A stretch of 64,000 nucleotides of DNA from Anaeramoeba ignava BMAN (GCA_028826165.1 JAPDFW010000130.1:1-64000), one strand, 5' to 3'; positions 1 to 15,060 are shown, numbered from the stretch's first letter. Notes: a model not told the origin generated them from the sequence alone. Made by a program: numbers and translations.

Positions 1-3000
1 TGTTGAATATATAATTTTCTGTTCAAAAAGATTACATAAACCTTCCAAAAATTCATTTCCATTGCATAAAATAACAGATCTTCCTAATGAAGCATAAAGT
101 TCTATTTTTTTTTAAAAATTTTCCAATTCAAATATTCTTTCATTTCATCAGAAATTGAGAAGAAAATAATATATTCATTCTTGTTGTTTCTTCTAAAAAT
201 AAGGAAGAATTTTTAAAGTAAATAAATTGTTGGAAATTTTTGGAATATCTAATCTATTATTATCATTATTATCATTATCTTCTTCTTTTTGTATCAGGAA
301 TTAAAATATCACTAATTTCATTTTCTTTTAATTGAGATTCTTGATTATCTGAAATATTTAATTCAATACCATTAAAAGTAGAAATGAATTTAAGCTGAGA
401 GAATCTGAAATTATAAGAATAGGTATTTTCTCTTTTCTTTTTCTTCATTGCTCAATATCTCAAAATCACTTTCATAAATTTGATTTAAATTTAAATAGAA
501 ATTCAAAATTTTATATGCTTCATTTGAATTATTTTCCAAAAATTGAGTATTAGAAAGAGTAACAACAGGAAGAATATTATTCTGATTCTCTTGAATACTT
601 TTTGAAATCTGATTTAAATAAATTTTGAATATCTTTTTGTTGTTTTAGTTGAACAAATAATATTAAAAATTTGAGTGATGGAAGTTCTAATTTTGAAAAT
701 TTGATTTCCTGATTTTGAATCCCTCAATTTCTTTTAAAATTTTAATAGCAATATATTGAGATAAACCTATTTTTTATTTATTTATTTTTATTTTATTTTA
801 ATTAAATAAAAAAGAGAATAAATTTAAATTTAAATTTAAATTTTTAAAAAAAAATATTATTTACCTGATTTTCCATAAAGAAAAAGTGTAGAATGTGAAA
901 AATAACAAATGAAAATTATTAATAAATTTTGTTTTAATTCTTCCAGTAATTTGAATTTGAGGGAAATAAGATCAAGTTCTAAAAATTAATTAATTTGTTT
1001 TGAATATCAGAAATTATAGATTTAATTGTAATTTTCTTATTTGAATTTAAATTGGGATCGATTTCTTTTTCAATGTCAGATTCTAATTTATTTCTTTCTG
1101 TTTGAGATAATTTTAAAATATAATTGATAAACAATGAAAACAACTTATTCCATAAAAATTCTCACACTTTCTTCTTTTTCGTAAAATAAAATTTGTGAAA
1201 TTTTTGGGTTTAATAACCAATTAAATATTGTTAAAGTTCTTGATATATCTTTTAAAGAACAAGTTTGATTTAGTTTTTTTGGATAAATTTATGAGAATTG
1301 ATAATATTTTTATTGAAAATTGTTTTAATTAATGTAATTTGATTATTGTTTGTTTTTGGAAATTTTAAATTTGTAAATGCTTGAGAAACCATTGAATAAA
1401 TGAAATTATTTTCTATTTTTCATTAAAAGTACCAAAATCTTCCAAATTCATTTATAAAAGAATCTAAATAATGGAAATTCTTGTTTTTCATTAAAATTAG
1501 AATAAGAAACAATAAAACGAATTTTTATCAGATATTAAACTTCTATTTTGAAATTCGGGATCAAAAATAATTTGTTTTAATAAAAAGCAATGCAATTATT
1601 GGAATTGAATTTAATCCCTTCAAATAAAATATTGAACGAGGTCGTATGTTTGTTTTTGTATATAAAAATGTTCTGCTTCCCTGTAATAGTTTGAATAATT
1701 TCTTTTGTGTTTGATCTATCATTTAAATGATAAATTATCAAATGTTGATTCAAAAAATTTTCAATTAAAAATTGAATAAATTCAGAATTTAAATTTTCAT
1801 TTGTAGTTTTGATAATTATTGGAATATTTGTTAATAATTTATATAATATTAAAATCATTCTCAAAAAGTTATCTAATGTAAAAAAATTCTTGAAATATTC
1901 ATTTTCGAAAATAATAAACTTTTTATGAATTTCTATTAAATTTGGAGATAAATAACTTAATATTTCTAAAGATTTAAAATTACCCATTTCAATTTTTCGT
2001 GATTTTTTTAAATTCTCATTAAATTTAAATCCATATTTTGAAACATGATTTTGAATTTCTCTATGAAAAAATCTATTATTTGATTTTCTTGAAATAAAAT
2101 TAACATTCTTAATAAAATTTTTGTTCTCTTCCAAAGAAAAAATAAGTAAAGAAATATCTTTTTTTTCCCATTCAATATTTTTTGAAACTAAAATTGCAGC
2201 ACTTTTTTGATAATTTTCAACAAATAATTTTGGAAATGTTGAAGAAATTTTATCATCTGCAAAAAGCTTTTATTTTAGATTTATAAGGATTAATATAACG
2301 ATATTGAATTAATGGATATATATAATATTTCAAAATATTCCAAAAATTAGATAATAAACGAAAAGTGATTTGTTGATTTTGATTAACTTGGGAAATTATC
2401 TTTTTGAACTTTCGAAAAATTTTTCTTTATTTGGAATATATCAAAAAAGGCAAATACATCAACTAACTTTCAAAATCTTGAGGATGTTGATAAATTTCAA
2501 AAATTTTGCAAGTATTTTTAAATCACCATTCTCTTCTCTTTTAATTGTTGAAGATTCATCAATTTTATATGAAAAGAAAGAAAAAGTTTTTTTATCAACT
2601 TGACATATTTTTTCTTCTAAATAATTAAAAGGAGCCAAATTTTTCAATTTAAATTCATTATTTGATATGCCAACACTTGGAATTTCAATATATAAATGAA
2701 AAGATTCATCAAAAACCCATGAATTATAATTTATATTCGATTTATTCTTTGTAATTTCAATTGATCCCCATATTAATAATTGCCAAATTAAATATGATGT
2801 TTCTTGAATAGAGGAAAGTGATAATTCAACATGTAAATATGTATTTTCTTGATCAGTTAAATTAGTAGATTTTAAGAATTGAATTTTTTTAAGAAATTCA
2901 GAAGATTTTCCTGATGTAATTAAAATTTTGAAATAACGATAATTTTTAATTTCATTATTTTCATTTCTTTCATAACAATCTTTGAATATTTGATATGTTT

Positions 3001-6000
3001 TCCCATAACCTGATTTTTCAGATGAGTAAATTTTCATTCTTTTTATATTGAGGAGAGTATTTGCAAAATATTTTTCCAATTCTTTTTAGAAAGTGAAGGA
3101 ATTTGTTTTTCAATTAAAGTTGTTGAAGATTCGTTTAATTTAAGAGATTTTTCATTTTGTTCAGAAAAGAAAATAACTAAAGGAATTTTGGTTTCATATG
3201 AAATTGATTCAATTTTTCTTTTTAATAAATCTAAGTATTTTTGAGATAATTTTTCAGGATGAAGAATTATGAATAAATGATTAATAGATTTGACTTGTTT
3301 TTGATATTGTAATCACTATAAGTTTTAAAGAAAGAATCAATAATATTTTCATCAATATCTTGAGAATCACAAAATAAAACATTTTCTTTAAGAGGGAAAT
3401 GTTGACAAAAAATAAAATATAAAGATGTGATAATATCATAAAGATTTGATTCTTGATTAATTTTATAAAGGAATATTAATTTCTTTTTTGAAGATTTTTC
3501 CAAAGTAAAAATTTTGGAAAATTGTTGATAAATTTGATTATAAGGAGTTGTATATTTAGTAGAAATGGAAATTATTTGTTCTTCTTTTTCTTTTTGTTTT
3601 TGTTCTTTTATTTGTTCTAATTCTTTTATTTGTAATTCTTCTATTTGTTTTTGTTTTTGTTCTAATTCTTCTTTTTTTTCTAATATTTGAATTTTGAAAG
3701 AATCAATTCCATTTTTTGGATTATATTTTATTATAATTTTATTATCTTCATTTTCTTTTTCAGGGATTTTTTTCAAATAATTTTGTAAATTTGAACACAT
3801 TTTATTCATTAATTCAATTATTATAAAAATGTGTTGAATTGTTTGAAGTTTAGTTTCATTCATTTTCAAATTGTTTTTTAAATCAGTATTTTCAGATTGA
3901 ATTAAAGTATGATCAAAAATTTGTTCAAATGGATCAAAATCTGAGAAAACAAATGTATCTTTTTCAGTTTTACAAGAAAATATCTCTTTTGAATTACTTG
4001 AATAATCAAAAATGAAAAACAGTTTTTCATTTCCAAAAATTTTTAAAGTATTATCAAAAATGGATTGAATTTTTGAAGATTTTGAGAGAGATTGAGTATT
4101 TATTATTTTTGAAGTATTTGGAAGATTTAGAATTTCTTCAATAACATTTAAATATTCATCATTAATTTGAAAAGATTCATTGTTCATTTGAGATTCAGAT
4201 TGTTTAATAAGATTTATTAAAAATTATCAAATGATTCAAAAGGTTCAGATTTACATATATATGTTTTAGTCTGTTTTCTTAATTTTTCGAAATGATTAAT
4301 TGAATCAACTATTTTATTATTTCTTTGTTTCTTAAGTGAATTGGAAAAATTGTAAATTGATTATCATCTTCTTGTTTTTGAATTAAATTAGATAATCTAC
4401 CAAATGATTTGATGTTATCATTGTTGAAAATGAATTTTTGGGATTTGGTTTAAACAATCAAGAATTGTTTTAAGAGTTGGAATTTCTTTAATTTTTTGAG
4501 AATTTTGCCAAGTTTTATCAAAGAATTTGGAATTATTTTCATTTATAAATTTAAATTTTTCGGAAAATATCTTTATATTTGAATCAATTTTAGAAAATTC
4601 ATTTTGAAATTCTCTATATTTTTGGATTAATAATAATAATTCATTAACATTTTCTTCTGAATATTCCTTTTTTTCTTTTTCTTTTTCTTTTGATTTAATA
4701 TTAAAATCTTGATTTCGTAAAAAATTAAGTTCTTTTTTAATGAAAGATTCATCATTTTCAATTGGAAAAATTTTATCAATTTTTGAAAGAATAATTTCTT
4801 TATCAAAAATATCTTTTGCTAATTTATTCCATTTTTTGTTTGCTGAAGGTATAATTATATCTCTAAAACTTGTAAAACTAATAATTTCTTCTTTTTTTTC
4901 TTTTTCTTGTAATTCTTTAATTCGAGAATCAATAAAATTTTTTATAATATTTTGAAAAATTTGGCTTTCATTCAATTCAATAAATCTTCTTAATCCTAAA
5001 CGTGATATATTTATTTTTTTCTTTGTTTTTATCATTTCAGCGATTGTTTTAGTTTTTTTGTCAAACTGTTTTAAGAAATTTTCAATTTTCGCAATATGAA
5101 CTTTATTTTCAAATAATTGTTTGAATGTATCTAAAAATTTTTGATAAGCTTCTTTAATTTTTTCTAAATGTTGCTTTTATTTCTTTAAGATTTTTAAAAT
5201 TTGGAAAATCTGTTTTGGAATAACATTTTGAAAATTGAATATAATCTTCTTTCTTGGATAAAAAATGTAATAATTCTTCGAAAGTACATTTTTTGTTGTT
5301 GAAATGATTAAAATGTTCAAGAATTTCTTTATCATATTTTTGTAAATTTTCCAAGAATTTGGGATTTTCATTTTCCTTTTCTTTTTTGAATTTAATAATT
5401 TTTTTAAACCAAGATAATGTTAAAACCCAAATTGTTTGTATTTTTCTATCTTTAGATTCATAAAATTCAATAAATTTACTTGGATTTTCTCCAACAAATT
5501 TTTCCCAAGAATTAATTTGAATTAATAAAGGTATATTTTTGATAATATTACCATCTATTATAATTTTTTCTTTTTCTGTATTATCATAGTAATATTGTGA
5601 CCTTTCTGTTAAAATATCCAAAATAACATTTTCAAATTTTTCTTTTTCTTTTTCTTTTTCTTTCTCTTTTTCTTTTTCTTTTTCTTTTTCTTTTTCTGAT
5701 TCAATAATCAATTCTAAAGATTTTTTTGGATCTTTTTGCCAGAAATTTTGATTTTCAACATTTTTTTTAATTGATTCTTCTAATGATTTAATAAATTTTT
5801 CATTTTCTTCATTTTCTTCTTTATTCCATGAGTTAATTTTTTTCCAAAATTGATTCCATAAATTAAAACATTGTAAAACACCTATAAATTGAATTTTTTG
5901 AAATAATTCTTTGAGGAAATCTAGGAAATGTTTATTGAAAAAATTTATAATGTATCCATGAGCAATTAAATGAACAATCAACTTAAATCCTTCAAAATAT

Positions 6001-7033
6001 TTAGGAGAAAAATCCAGAAAATCAATACAATATTGTTCTTTTATATAATCATCTAAAATTGAATCATAAAATTTTTGTTTAACCAATTTTTCTGAATATT
6101 TTTTTTTATCAAATTCATCAAAAAAATTGAAGGATAATCTTTTAAAAACTGGATAATATTGAAGTATAATAGGCTCTGGAGTTTTAATTTCCAATTGAAA
6201 AAGTAAAGTATTTTTGAGAGAATTTTTTAAGAAAACTGAATTTGGATCTTTTTCTGCATTTTCAAAAAATGTAATTATCAAATCAATTAGTTGAAAAATT
6301 AAGGATTGAGGTTTATATAATAAACGAGTAAAAAAGTAATTATCTCTCATTGTGTGTTGATTTAAGCAAAGTAAAGCAAATTTTTCTTTGATTGAAATGG
6401 GATTTGTTTCTGAAAAATTTGAGATGAAAGGAAATAAAAGCCATTCATAAATTTGTGATTTGCAAACATGGGAAATAATTTGAAGACTTTCTCCAAAAAT
6501 AAGTAAATCATTTTTAGTATCAGTATTGCTATCAATATTGTTGTTATTATTATTTGAATCATTTTGATAAAAAGGGATATAAAAAGAAAATTAAGAAAAT
6601 GAGAAATAACTTGGTTTGTATTAATTTTTGAATTATTCTGTTTGTTTTGATTCTCAAAAATAGTAAAATGGAAATTGGATTTTAAATTGATTTTTTCAGA
6701 AAGAATTTTCTCTTCCATTTCTTTTTCTTTTTCTTTTTCTTTTTCTTTTTCTTTTTCTTTTTCTTTTTCTTTTTCTTTAATAAAAGAAAAAATAATTTCT
6801 TTTTCTTTTTCTTTTTCTTTTTCTTTGAAATATTTAGAAACATCAAAATCTGAAAACAAAATATTTGTAAATGGAAAATGTTTCATTTCTTGTTTTTCAA
6901 CAACTGTTTTTGTTATTACTTTATGTTTTCTGTTTCTTTGTTTGGTTTGAATTTTAAAATAAAATTGAATAAGATTCAAATCTGTAATTAAAAGTTTGGT
7001 TATTTCAGGATCAAAATAAACCACAATTTTCAT
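1..7033 (-). pseudogene. RNF213/mysterin-like large AAA+ protein, fragmented and degenerate (continues past the window start)
   Basis: Colinear minus-strand ORFs 6362-7033, 5154-6350, 4418-5035, 3267-4187, 2459-3079 and 1577-2134. They carry RNF213-type motifs: ENVLFC..., the P-loop YSSEKSGYGKT followed by LHVELS and LYIEIP, and FFTLDNFLRMILI..LLTNIPIII. The Walker A expected after IPIII is absent (KTTNENLNS). There are many frameshifts and stops. Confidence 0.6.
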
Positions 7034-7319
7034 TTTAAATTAAAAAAAAAAAACTTTTTTTATATCTTTCTTTTTAATTTTAAATTTAAAAAAAAAAATA
7101 AAAAAGAAAAATAAAAAATAAAAGAAAAATAAAAAAAAAGGAAAATTAAATTTTTAAATTAATTTAATTTTTTAAATTAATTTAACTATTTTATATTTTT
7201 TTTAAAAAAAAAACTTAAATTTTTATTTTTATTTTTAAAAAAAAAACAAAAACAAAACAATTTTTATTTTCTTTTTATTTTTATTTAAAAATTTTAAATG
7301 AAAAATTTTAAAAACAATT

Positions 7320-8530
7320 TTCTAATTTTAATTTTGATTTTTAATTTTAATTTTAATTTTGATTTTGATTTTAATTTTGATTTTAATTTTAATTTTAATT
7401 TTGATTTTGATTTTAATTTTGATTTTGATTTTAATTTTGATTTTGATTTTAATTTTGATTTTAATTTTAATTTTGATTTTGATTTTGATTTTGATTTTGA
7501 TTTTAATTTTAATTTTAATTTTGATTTTGATTTTTGATTTTGATTTTGATTTTAATTTTGATTTAAATTTTAATTTTTTTGATTTTTTTGATTTTAATTT
7601 TAATTTTTGATTTTGATTTTGATTTTGATTTTGATTTTGATTTTAATTTTGATTTTGATTTTTAATTTTTGATTTTGATTTTAATTTTTGATTTTGATTT
7701 TAATTTTGATTTTAATTTTGATTTTGATTTTAATTTTAATTTTGATTTTGATTTTGATTTTGATTTTAATTTTAATTTTGATTTTGATTTTGATTTTAAT
7801 TTTAATTTTAATTTTGATTTTAATTTTAATTTTTTGATTTTAATTTTAATTTTTAATTTTAATTTTAATTTTGATTTTTGATTTTAATTTTAATTTTTAA
7901 TTTTAATTTTAATTTTGATTTTGATTTTAATTTTAATTTTGATTTTAATTTTGATTTTAATTTTAATTTTGATTTAATTTAATTTTAATTTTGATTTTGA
8001 TTTTGATTTTGATTTTAATTTTGATTTTGATTTTGATTTTAATTTGATTTTGATTTTGATTTTGAATTTTGATTTTGATTTTAATTTTGATTTTGATTTT
8101 GATTTTGATTTTAATTTTGATTTTGATTTTTAATTTTGATTTTAATTTTGATTTTGATTTTGATTTTTGATTTTGATTTTTGATTTTTAATTTTAATTTT
8201 GATTTTTAATTTTGATTTTTTGATTTTGAAATTTTGATTTTGATTTTTTAATTTTTTGATTTTCATTTTGATTTTTTTCATTTTTAATTTTGATTTTGAT
8301 TTTGATTTTGATTTTAATTTTAATTTTGATTTTGATTTTCATTTTGATTTTGATTTTGATTTTGATTTTCATTTTGATTTTGATTTTGATTTTGATTTTC
8401 ATTTTGATTTTGATTTTGATTTTGATTTTAATTTTTGATTTTTAATTTCATTTTAATTTTAATTTTGATTTTGATTTTTAATTTTGATTTTGATTTTGAT
8501 TTTCAATTTCATTTTGATTTTGATTTTGAT
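7320..8530. repeat. TTTTGA/TTTTAA hexamer microsatellite (reads as QN repeats on the minus strand)
   Basis: Direct inspection. The ILIL, DFNF and KIKI ORFs here are repeat artefacts. Part may be the low-complexity C-terminus of the RRM protein. Confidence 0.9.
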
Positions 8531-11383
8531 TTTCATTTTGATTTTGATTTCGTTTAAAAACTTTAAAACCATATGGAGGATTTTGTGAAAAATGATCCAA
8601 AACTTTTTTTAAATCATTTTCATTTTCAAAAGAAACAAAACCAGATTTTGGTTTTTTAGTTTTTGAATAAAACATTTTTGAAGAAGAAATTTTTAAATTT
8701 GGATTAATTTTGAGACATTCTTCACGCAATTTTGCTGAATCAAAATCATTTATTGATTCAATCTTTTCAAATTGAAAATTTAAATTAAATTTTTTGATAA
8801 ATTCCTTTTTCAAATTCTTATTTTGTTCAAGAATTTTTTTTCTTTCTGATTTTTTCATTACTCTTTCAACTATTATTTCTTGATCTAAAATTCTTTTTCC
8901 ATTCATTTTCATAATTGCTTCTTTTCCTTCTTGATTTTTTTCAAATTGAATGATTGCAAATTGAGATTTTGTTTTTGATTGGATTTTTTCTGGAATTGGT
9001 TTTAAATCTATTTGTAAATTTTTTCCGAAATTTTGAAATAATTTTTTTAGATCTTCTTTTTGATAATTTTCTGGGAAGTTTTTGACATAAACCCATCTAA
9101 ATTTTTGGTTTGGATCTTTTTGTTTTCTAAATAAAATATTTCTAATTCAAAACAAAATATTTACAAATATAAATCAAAATATTTATAAATTTAAATTAAA
9201 ATATTTATAAATTTAAATTAAAATATTTATAAATATAAATCAAAATATTTATAAATTTAAATCAAAATATTTATAAATATAAATTAAAATATTTATAAAT
9301 ATAAATCAAAATATTTATAAATCTAAATTAAAATATTTATAAATATTTATAAATTAAAATCAAAATATTTATAAATATAAATCAAAATATTTATAAATAT
9401 AAATCAAAAATATTTATAAATATAAATTAAAATATTTATAAATATAAATCAAAATATTTATAAATTAAAATTAAAAATATTTATAAATATAAATCAAAAT
9501 ATTTATAAATATAAATTAAAATATTATAAATTTAAATCAAAATATTCATAAATTTAAATCAAAATATTTATAAATTTAAATTAAAATATTTATAAATTAA
9601 ATCAAAATATTTATAAATATAAATCAAAATATTTATAAATTTAAATCAAAATATTTATAAATTTAAATCAAAATATTTATAAATTTAAATTAAAATATTT
9701 ATAAATTTAAATCAAAATATTTATAAATATAAATCAAAATATTTATAAATATAAATTAAAATATTTATAAATTTAAATTAAAATATTTATAAATTTAAAT
9801 CTTAAAATATTTATAAATTAAATTAAAATATTTATAATTTTAAATCAAAATATTTATAAATTAAATCAAAATTTTAAATCAAAATATTTATAAATTTAAA
9901 TCAAAATATTCATAAATTTAAATCAAAATATTTACGGATTATAATCAATAAGAGTAATTTCCAATTCTTTTCCAAAATATTGTTTAGTATTATAATAAAG
10001 TTCAGCTTTTTTTGCATCTTCAAATTTCTTAAATGTTACAAATCCTATATTCTCTTGATTGGATTCACTATTTTGAATAAATTTTGTTGAATTTGGTGAA
10101 AAAATTTGAAATAAAGCAAAAAGACTTTCATTTGTTTCTTGATTTGGAAGATTTGAAACTTTTCTAAATTTTTTAAATTAATAAACAAGGGGAATATAAA
10201 TTAAAATAATTTATAAACTTTTTAGAATTTGTTTTCAATTATTTTTACAATGTAAATTCTTTTTCCATTTCAATTTCTTTTTCTTTTTCAATTTGATTTT
10301 GATTTTCAATTTCAATTTTGATTTTCAATTTGATTTGATTTTCAATTTGATTTTTAATTTGTTTTTCAATTTGATTTTCAATTTGATTTTCAATTTGATT
10401 TTCAATTTGTTTTTCAATTTGATTTTGATTTTGATTTTCCATTTGATTTTCATTTTGATTTTGAATTTGATTTTCAATTTGATTTTCATTTTGAATTTGA
10501 TTTTGAATTTGATTTTCATTTTGATTTTCAATTTGATTTTCAATTTGATTTTCAATTTGATTTTCAATTTGATTTTCAATTTGATTTTCAATTTGATTTT
10601 GAATTTGATTTTCATTTTCATTTTCATTTTGATTTTCAATTTGATTTTCAATTTGATTTTCAATTTGATTTTCTTTTTCAATTTGATTTTCATTTTGATT
10701 TTCAATTTGATTTTCATTTTCATTTTCATTTTGATTTTCAATTTGATTTTCAATTTGATTTTCAATTTGATTTTCAATTTGATTTTCAATTTGATTTTGA
10801 TTTTCAATTCCAATTTGATTTTGATTTTGATTTTCAATTTGATTTTCATTTTCAATTTGATTTTCAATTTGATTTTCAATTTGATTTTCAATTTGATTTT
10901 GATTTTGAATTTGATTTTCAATTTGATTTTCATTTTGATTTTCAATTTGATTTTCATTTTCAATTTGATTTTCAATTTGATTTTGATTTTGAATTTGATT
11001 TTCAATTTGATTTTCATTTTGATTTTGATTTTGATTTTCAATTCCAATTTGATTTTCAATTTGATTTCCATTTTGATTTTCTTTTTGATTTTCAATTTGA
11101 TTTTCAATTTGATTTTGATTTTGATTTTCAATTTCATTTTGATTTTGATTTTCATTTTCAATTTGATTTTCAATTTGATTTTCAATTCCTTTTTCAATTT
11201 GATTTTCTTTTTCATTTTGATTTTCAATTTGATTTTCATTTTGATTTCAATTTGATTTTCATTTTGATTTTCAATTTGATTTTCAATTTGATTTTCAATT
11301 TGATTTTCAATTTGATTTTCATTTTTGTTTTGATTTTCAATTTGATTTTGAATTTGATTTTCTTTTTCAATTCCTTTTTGCAT
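8478..11383 (-). CDS. Multi-RRM RNA-binding protein (divergent polyadenylate-binding-protein-like) with a long QIEN-repeat N-terminus
   Basis: Exons about 11383-10249, 10163-9936 and 9141-8478, with GT-AG introns. RRM1: LKVSNLP...IGFVTF. RRM2: VYVKNFP...FAIIQF...[14 protein letters not shown] (PABP-like linker). RRM3: SGFVSF. Indels occur within the repeat exon. Confidence 0.7.
9150..9930. repeat. Intronic 22-bp minisatellite (caaaatatttataaatttaaat)
   Basis: Tandem units fill the intron 9142-9935. Confidence 0.9.
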
Positions 11384-11542
11384 TTCAATTTCTTTTAGAA
11401 AATAGAATATTTTAAATAATAAAATTAATAGTTAAAAAAGAGGAAAAAAGAGGAAAAAAATGAAAAAGTTTTTTTTTTTTAAAATTCCAAATTTTAAATT
11501 TCATTTTTTTTTCTTTTTTATTTTTTTTTCTTTTAAATTAAA

Positions 11543-14500
11543 ATGGATGAAAGAGTTGAAACTTTTGCAAGTTTAACAAACACAAGTAAAACATTTGCAA
11601 CACAATATTTAAGTCGATTTGAATGGAATATAGAAGTAAAAAATTAAAATTCATTTATAAAATTAAAATTAAAATTAAAATTAAAATTAAAATTCATTTT
11701 GAAAATTAAAATTAAAATTAAAATTAAAATTCATTTTGAAATTAAAATTAAAATTAAAATTAAAATTAAAATTAAAATTAAAATTAAAATTCATTTAAAA
11801 TTAAAATTAAAATTAAAATTCATTTATAAAATTAAAATTCATTTTGAAAATTAAAATTAAAACTAAATTAAAATTAAAATTAAAATTAAAAATTAAAATT
11901 AAAATTAAAAATTAAAATTAAAATTAAAATTGAAATTAAAATTAAAATTAAAATTAAAATTAAAATTAAAATTCATTTTGAAAATTAAAATTAAAATTAA
12001 AAATTCATTTTGAAAATTAAAATTAAAATTAAAATTCATTTTGAAAATTAAAATTAAAATTAAAATTCATTTTGAAAATTAAAATTAAAATTAAAATTAA
12101 AATTAAAATTAAAATCAAAATTAAAATTAAAATTAGAATTAAAATTAAAATTAAAATTAAAATTAAAATTAAAATTAAAATTAAAATTAAAATTAAAATT
12201 CAAAATTAAAATTAAAATTAAAATTAAAATTAAAATTAAAATTAAAATTAAAATTTATATTAAAATTAAAATTAAAATTAAAATTAAAATTGAAAATTAA
12301 AATTCATTTTGAAAATTAAAATTCATTTTGAAAATTAAGTTCGCAGTAGAAGCTTTTTATCAAAATCAAGGAATAGAAACAATTGACGATTCACAAGAAA
12401 AAAAAAAAACTGAAACATTTCAAAAACAATCCATTATATGAATTAATTATGAAGAACGATATTGAAGCAATGAAGAAGAAAATAACAAGCAACGCTGAAG
12501 AGATACTAGAATATCAAGAAGAAGATGGGTCAAATCTTCTTCATTACGCAACAGAAAACTCACAATTAGATATGATTCGGTTACTTATTGAAAGTGGAAT
12601 AAAAATTGATTCACAAAATAAAAATGGGAAATCATCATTGCACATTGCTGTTCGAGGAAATATGTATGATGTTGTTGAACAGTTTATTGCATATAAAGCA
12701 GATATTAATATCCAAAACAAGGATGGATTCACCCCTTTGTTTATTGCTGTTCAATTTAATTTTTATAAAATTGCTGAATTGTTACTTAAAAATAATGCCA
12801 ATTTTCAAATTTTCACTCAAAAATTGGCCCCAATTCATCTTGCTGCAGCAAATAATAACCCTTCGTTAGTTGAATTGTTGATTCATTATGGTTCTGATCC
12901 TAATTTAATTTCTCAAGAAGGAAAAAATGCTTATCATTATACTCAATCTATTTTTGTTCAGAAAATATTACGTTCTAAAATGAATTCTAATAATTTTCCA
13001 AATTATTATAAAATGGATAATATTGAGATTATAAATGAAGAAATAAGTTTTTTAAATTCTTTAATTGAAACACAGACTTACAATTTTAATGAGACACAAA
13101 TTGAAGTAAAATTAAATTAAAATTCATTTTGAAAATTAAATTAAAATTAAAATTAAATTAAATTTAAAATTAAAATTAAATTAAAATTCTTTTGAAAATT
13201 CTTTTGAAAATTCATTTTGAAAATTCTTTTGAAAATTCAATAGAAATTCTTCCATTTAGCTTTAACAAACAGATACCCACAATTAATTCAAAAAATTCTC
13301 AAAATACTTGATTTACACAATTACAAAGACAAATACGATCAATCCTTATTACATTATACAGTTATTGAAAACAACAATTTTCTTTTAAAAATGATTCTAA
13401 ACAACAACGGAAACCCAAATATCATTGGGGCAAAGAAGCAAACCCCCCTTCACGTGGCAGCAGAACAAGGGAACCTTCCTGCAGTGATCATGCTTTTAAA
13501 ACAAGGAGCAAATTACAATGCAAAAGATTACAAAAATAGAGACCCTTTAAATTGCTCCAAATCACCGGCAACTCATTTTACTTTGTATTCAATCAATAAG
13601 ACATACGAAATTCGCAGAAGACAACAATCAATCAAGGAAATTCTTCACATTTTCATCTCGGAAATGCAGCCGTTTATTGACTCTTGGATCGATATCAACG
13701 ATCTCCAAATTGACAGGCAAATTGGAAAAGGAATTAATGGAATAAGTTATCTTGGAAAATGGAATTCAAAGGATGTTGTTATCAAAAATTTATCATGACC
13801 CAATCGAGGGTATGGTTGATGCAGAACAATTAGCGTTTAATCAACAAATAGAAAAAGTTGTGAAAATCAAAGGAAAAAAAACGCAAACAAACAAATCCAA
13901 TTTAAATGAAACGCAAGAAAAAATATTTACAGGAAAACGTTTTTTTGGATCGTTTTATGGATTTTTCATTCATTTCTCGGAAAACGATAAAATGCAATTT
14001 GCAACTGTGAGGAAATTATTATCCGCAAGGAAGTCTTCGAGATTTGATCGAAAAATACCAGTCGGAAAAAAGGATCTTTGATTGGAAAACAATAATCAAT
14101 ATTCTTCAGACTGTTTCACAAGCAACTGAACTTTTTCACTCAGAAATTGGAACACTTGTTTTATCGATCAAGACACAGAACATCATGCTCACAACGAAGC
14201 CAAGCAAATATAAGATTGTGGATATTTTTTCAAAACCGCAAGAACCATATATCAAACTTTTTCACGGATCTTTGCACAGTTTTTTGGGAAATGGATCCGA
14301 TCTTTATTCTTTTGGAATACTCACTTGGGAATTGGTTACTTTTCAACTCCCTTTTTCTAATGTAAATGATCCCAATGGCTCAAAATATACTATCGATCAA
14401 ATGTCGAAGATTTATCAAAACTATATCTATAAATATCCCTATATTTTCGGTTCTGTTATAACCTCCATTATCTCACAATCTGTTAATGCTGGTGCTGTTT

Positions 14501-14934
14501 CTGGAATGTCAGTTATTCTCCAAATTTTAGCTTATGGAGAAAGTCAACTTATGTCTTCTCAAAATACAAATCAAAATCAAAATGAAAATGAAAATGAAAA
14601 ATTCGAAAATTTAAAACTTCCTGAAATTATCCAAAAAAATGACAGTCCGTTGATTTTTATTACAAAAGAATTGATCCACAAACTTGAAAGGCTCAAAAAT
14701 ATTCCAGATTGTTTAAAACAAGTTGAATTTGTTCTGAAGGAATTTTTCTTTAAAAGTTTCTTTTGTTTTTCAACAAAAATTGAAAGAGAGGAAGATCATA
14801 TTTTTTTATCTGTTCAAACTATTTTAGAAACATTAGGTTGGTCTCCTTTACTTTCCAGATTTGATGAATCAATAAATGAAATTGAAGTTGAAAATTTAAT
14901 TGAAGTTTTTCAAAGTTTGATTGAAGGAGATTAA
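11543..14934 (+). CDS. UBA-like + ankyrin repeats + TKL-type pseudokinase
   Basis: Exons 11543-11635, 12340-13105 and 13244-14934. N-terminus MDERVETFASLTNTSKTFATQYLSRFEWNIE|FAVEAFY is UBA-like. Several GxTPLH-type ankyrin repeats follow. Kinase motifs: IGKGINGISYLGKW, VVIK, YYPQGSL, SDLYSFGILTWEL. Three apparent 1-nt indels (about 12410, 13790, 14015) lie in A-runs. Confidence 0.75.
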
Positions 14935-15026
14935 AAAACAAAAACAACAACAAAATTTTTTTGATTTTAAATTCATTTTTTTTCATTTTTTTCTAAACAA
15001 AATTAAACAAAACAAATATAAAAAAA

Positions 15027-15057
<31 letters not shown>

Positions 15058-15060
15058 TTA

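Noticed and set aside
7298-8438. ILIL/DFNF/KIKI ORFs, and similar ORFs at 10293, 16742, 21364, 22619-23069, 30766, 32603-33806 and 46046-46553
   Set aside because: These are stop-free frames of simple repeats or antisense frames of coding repeats, not genes.
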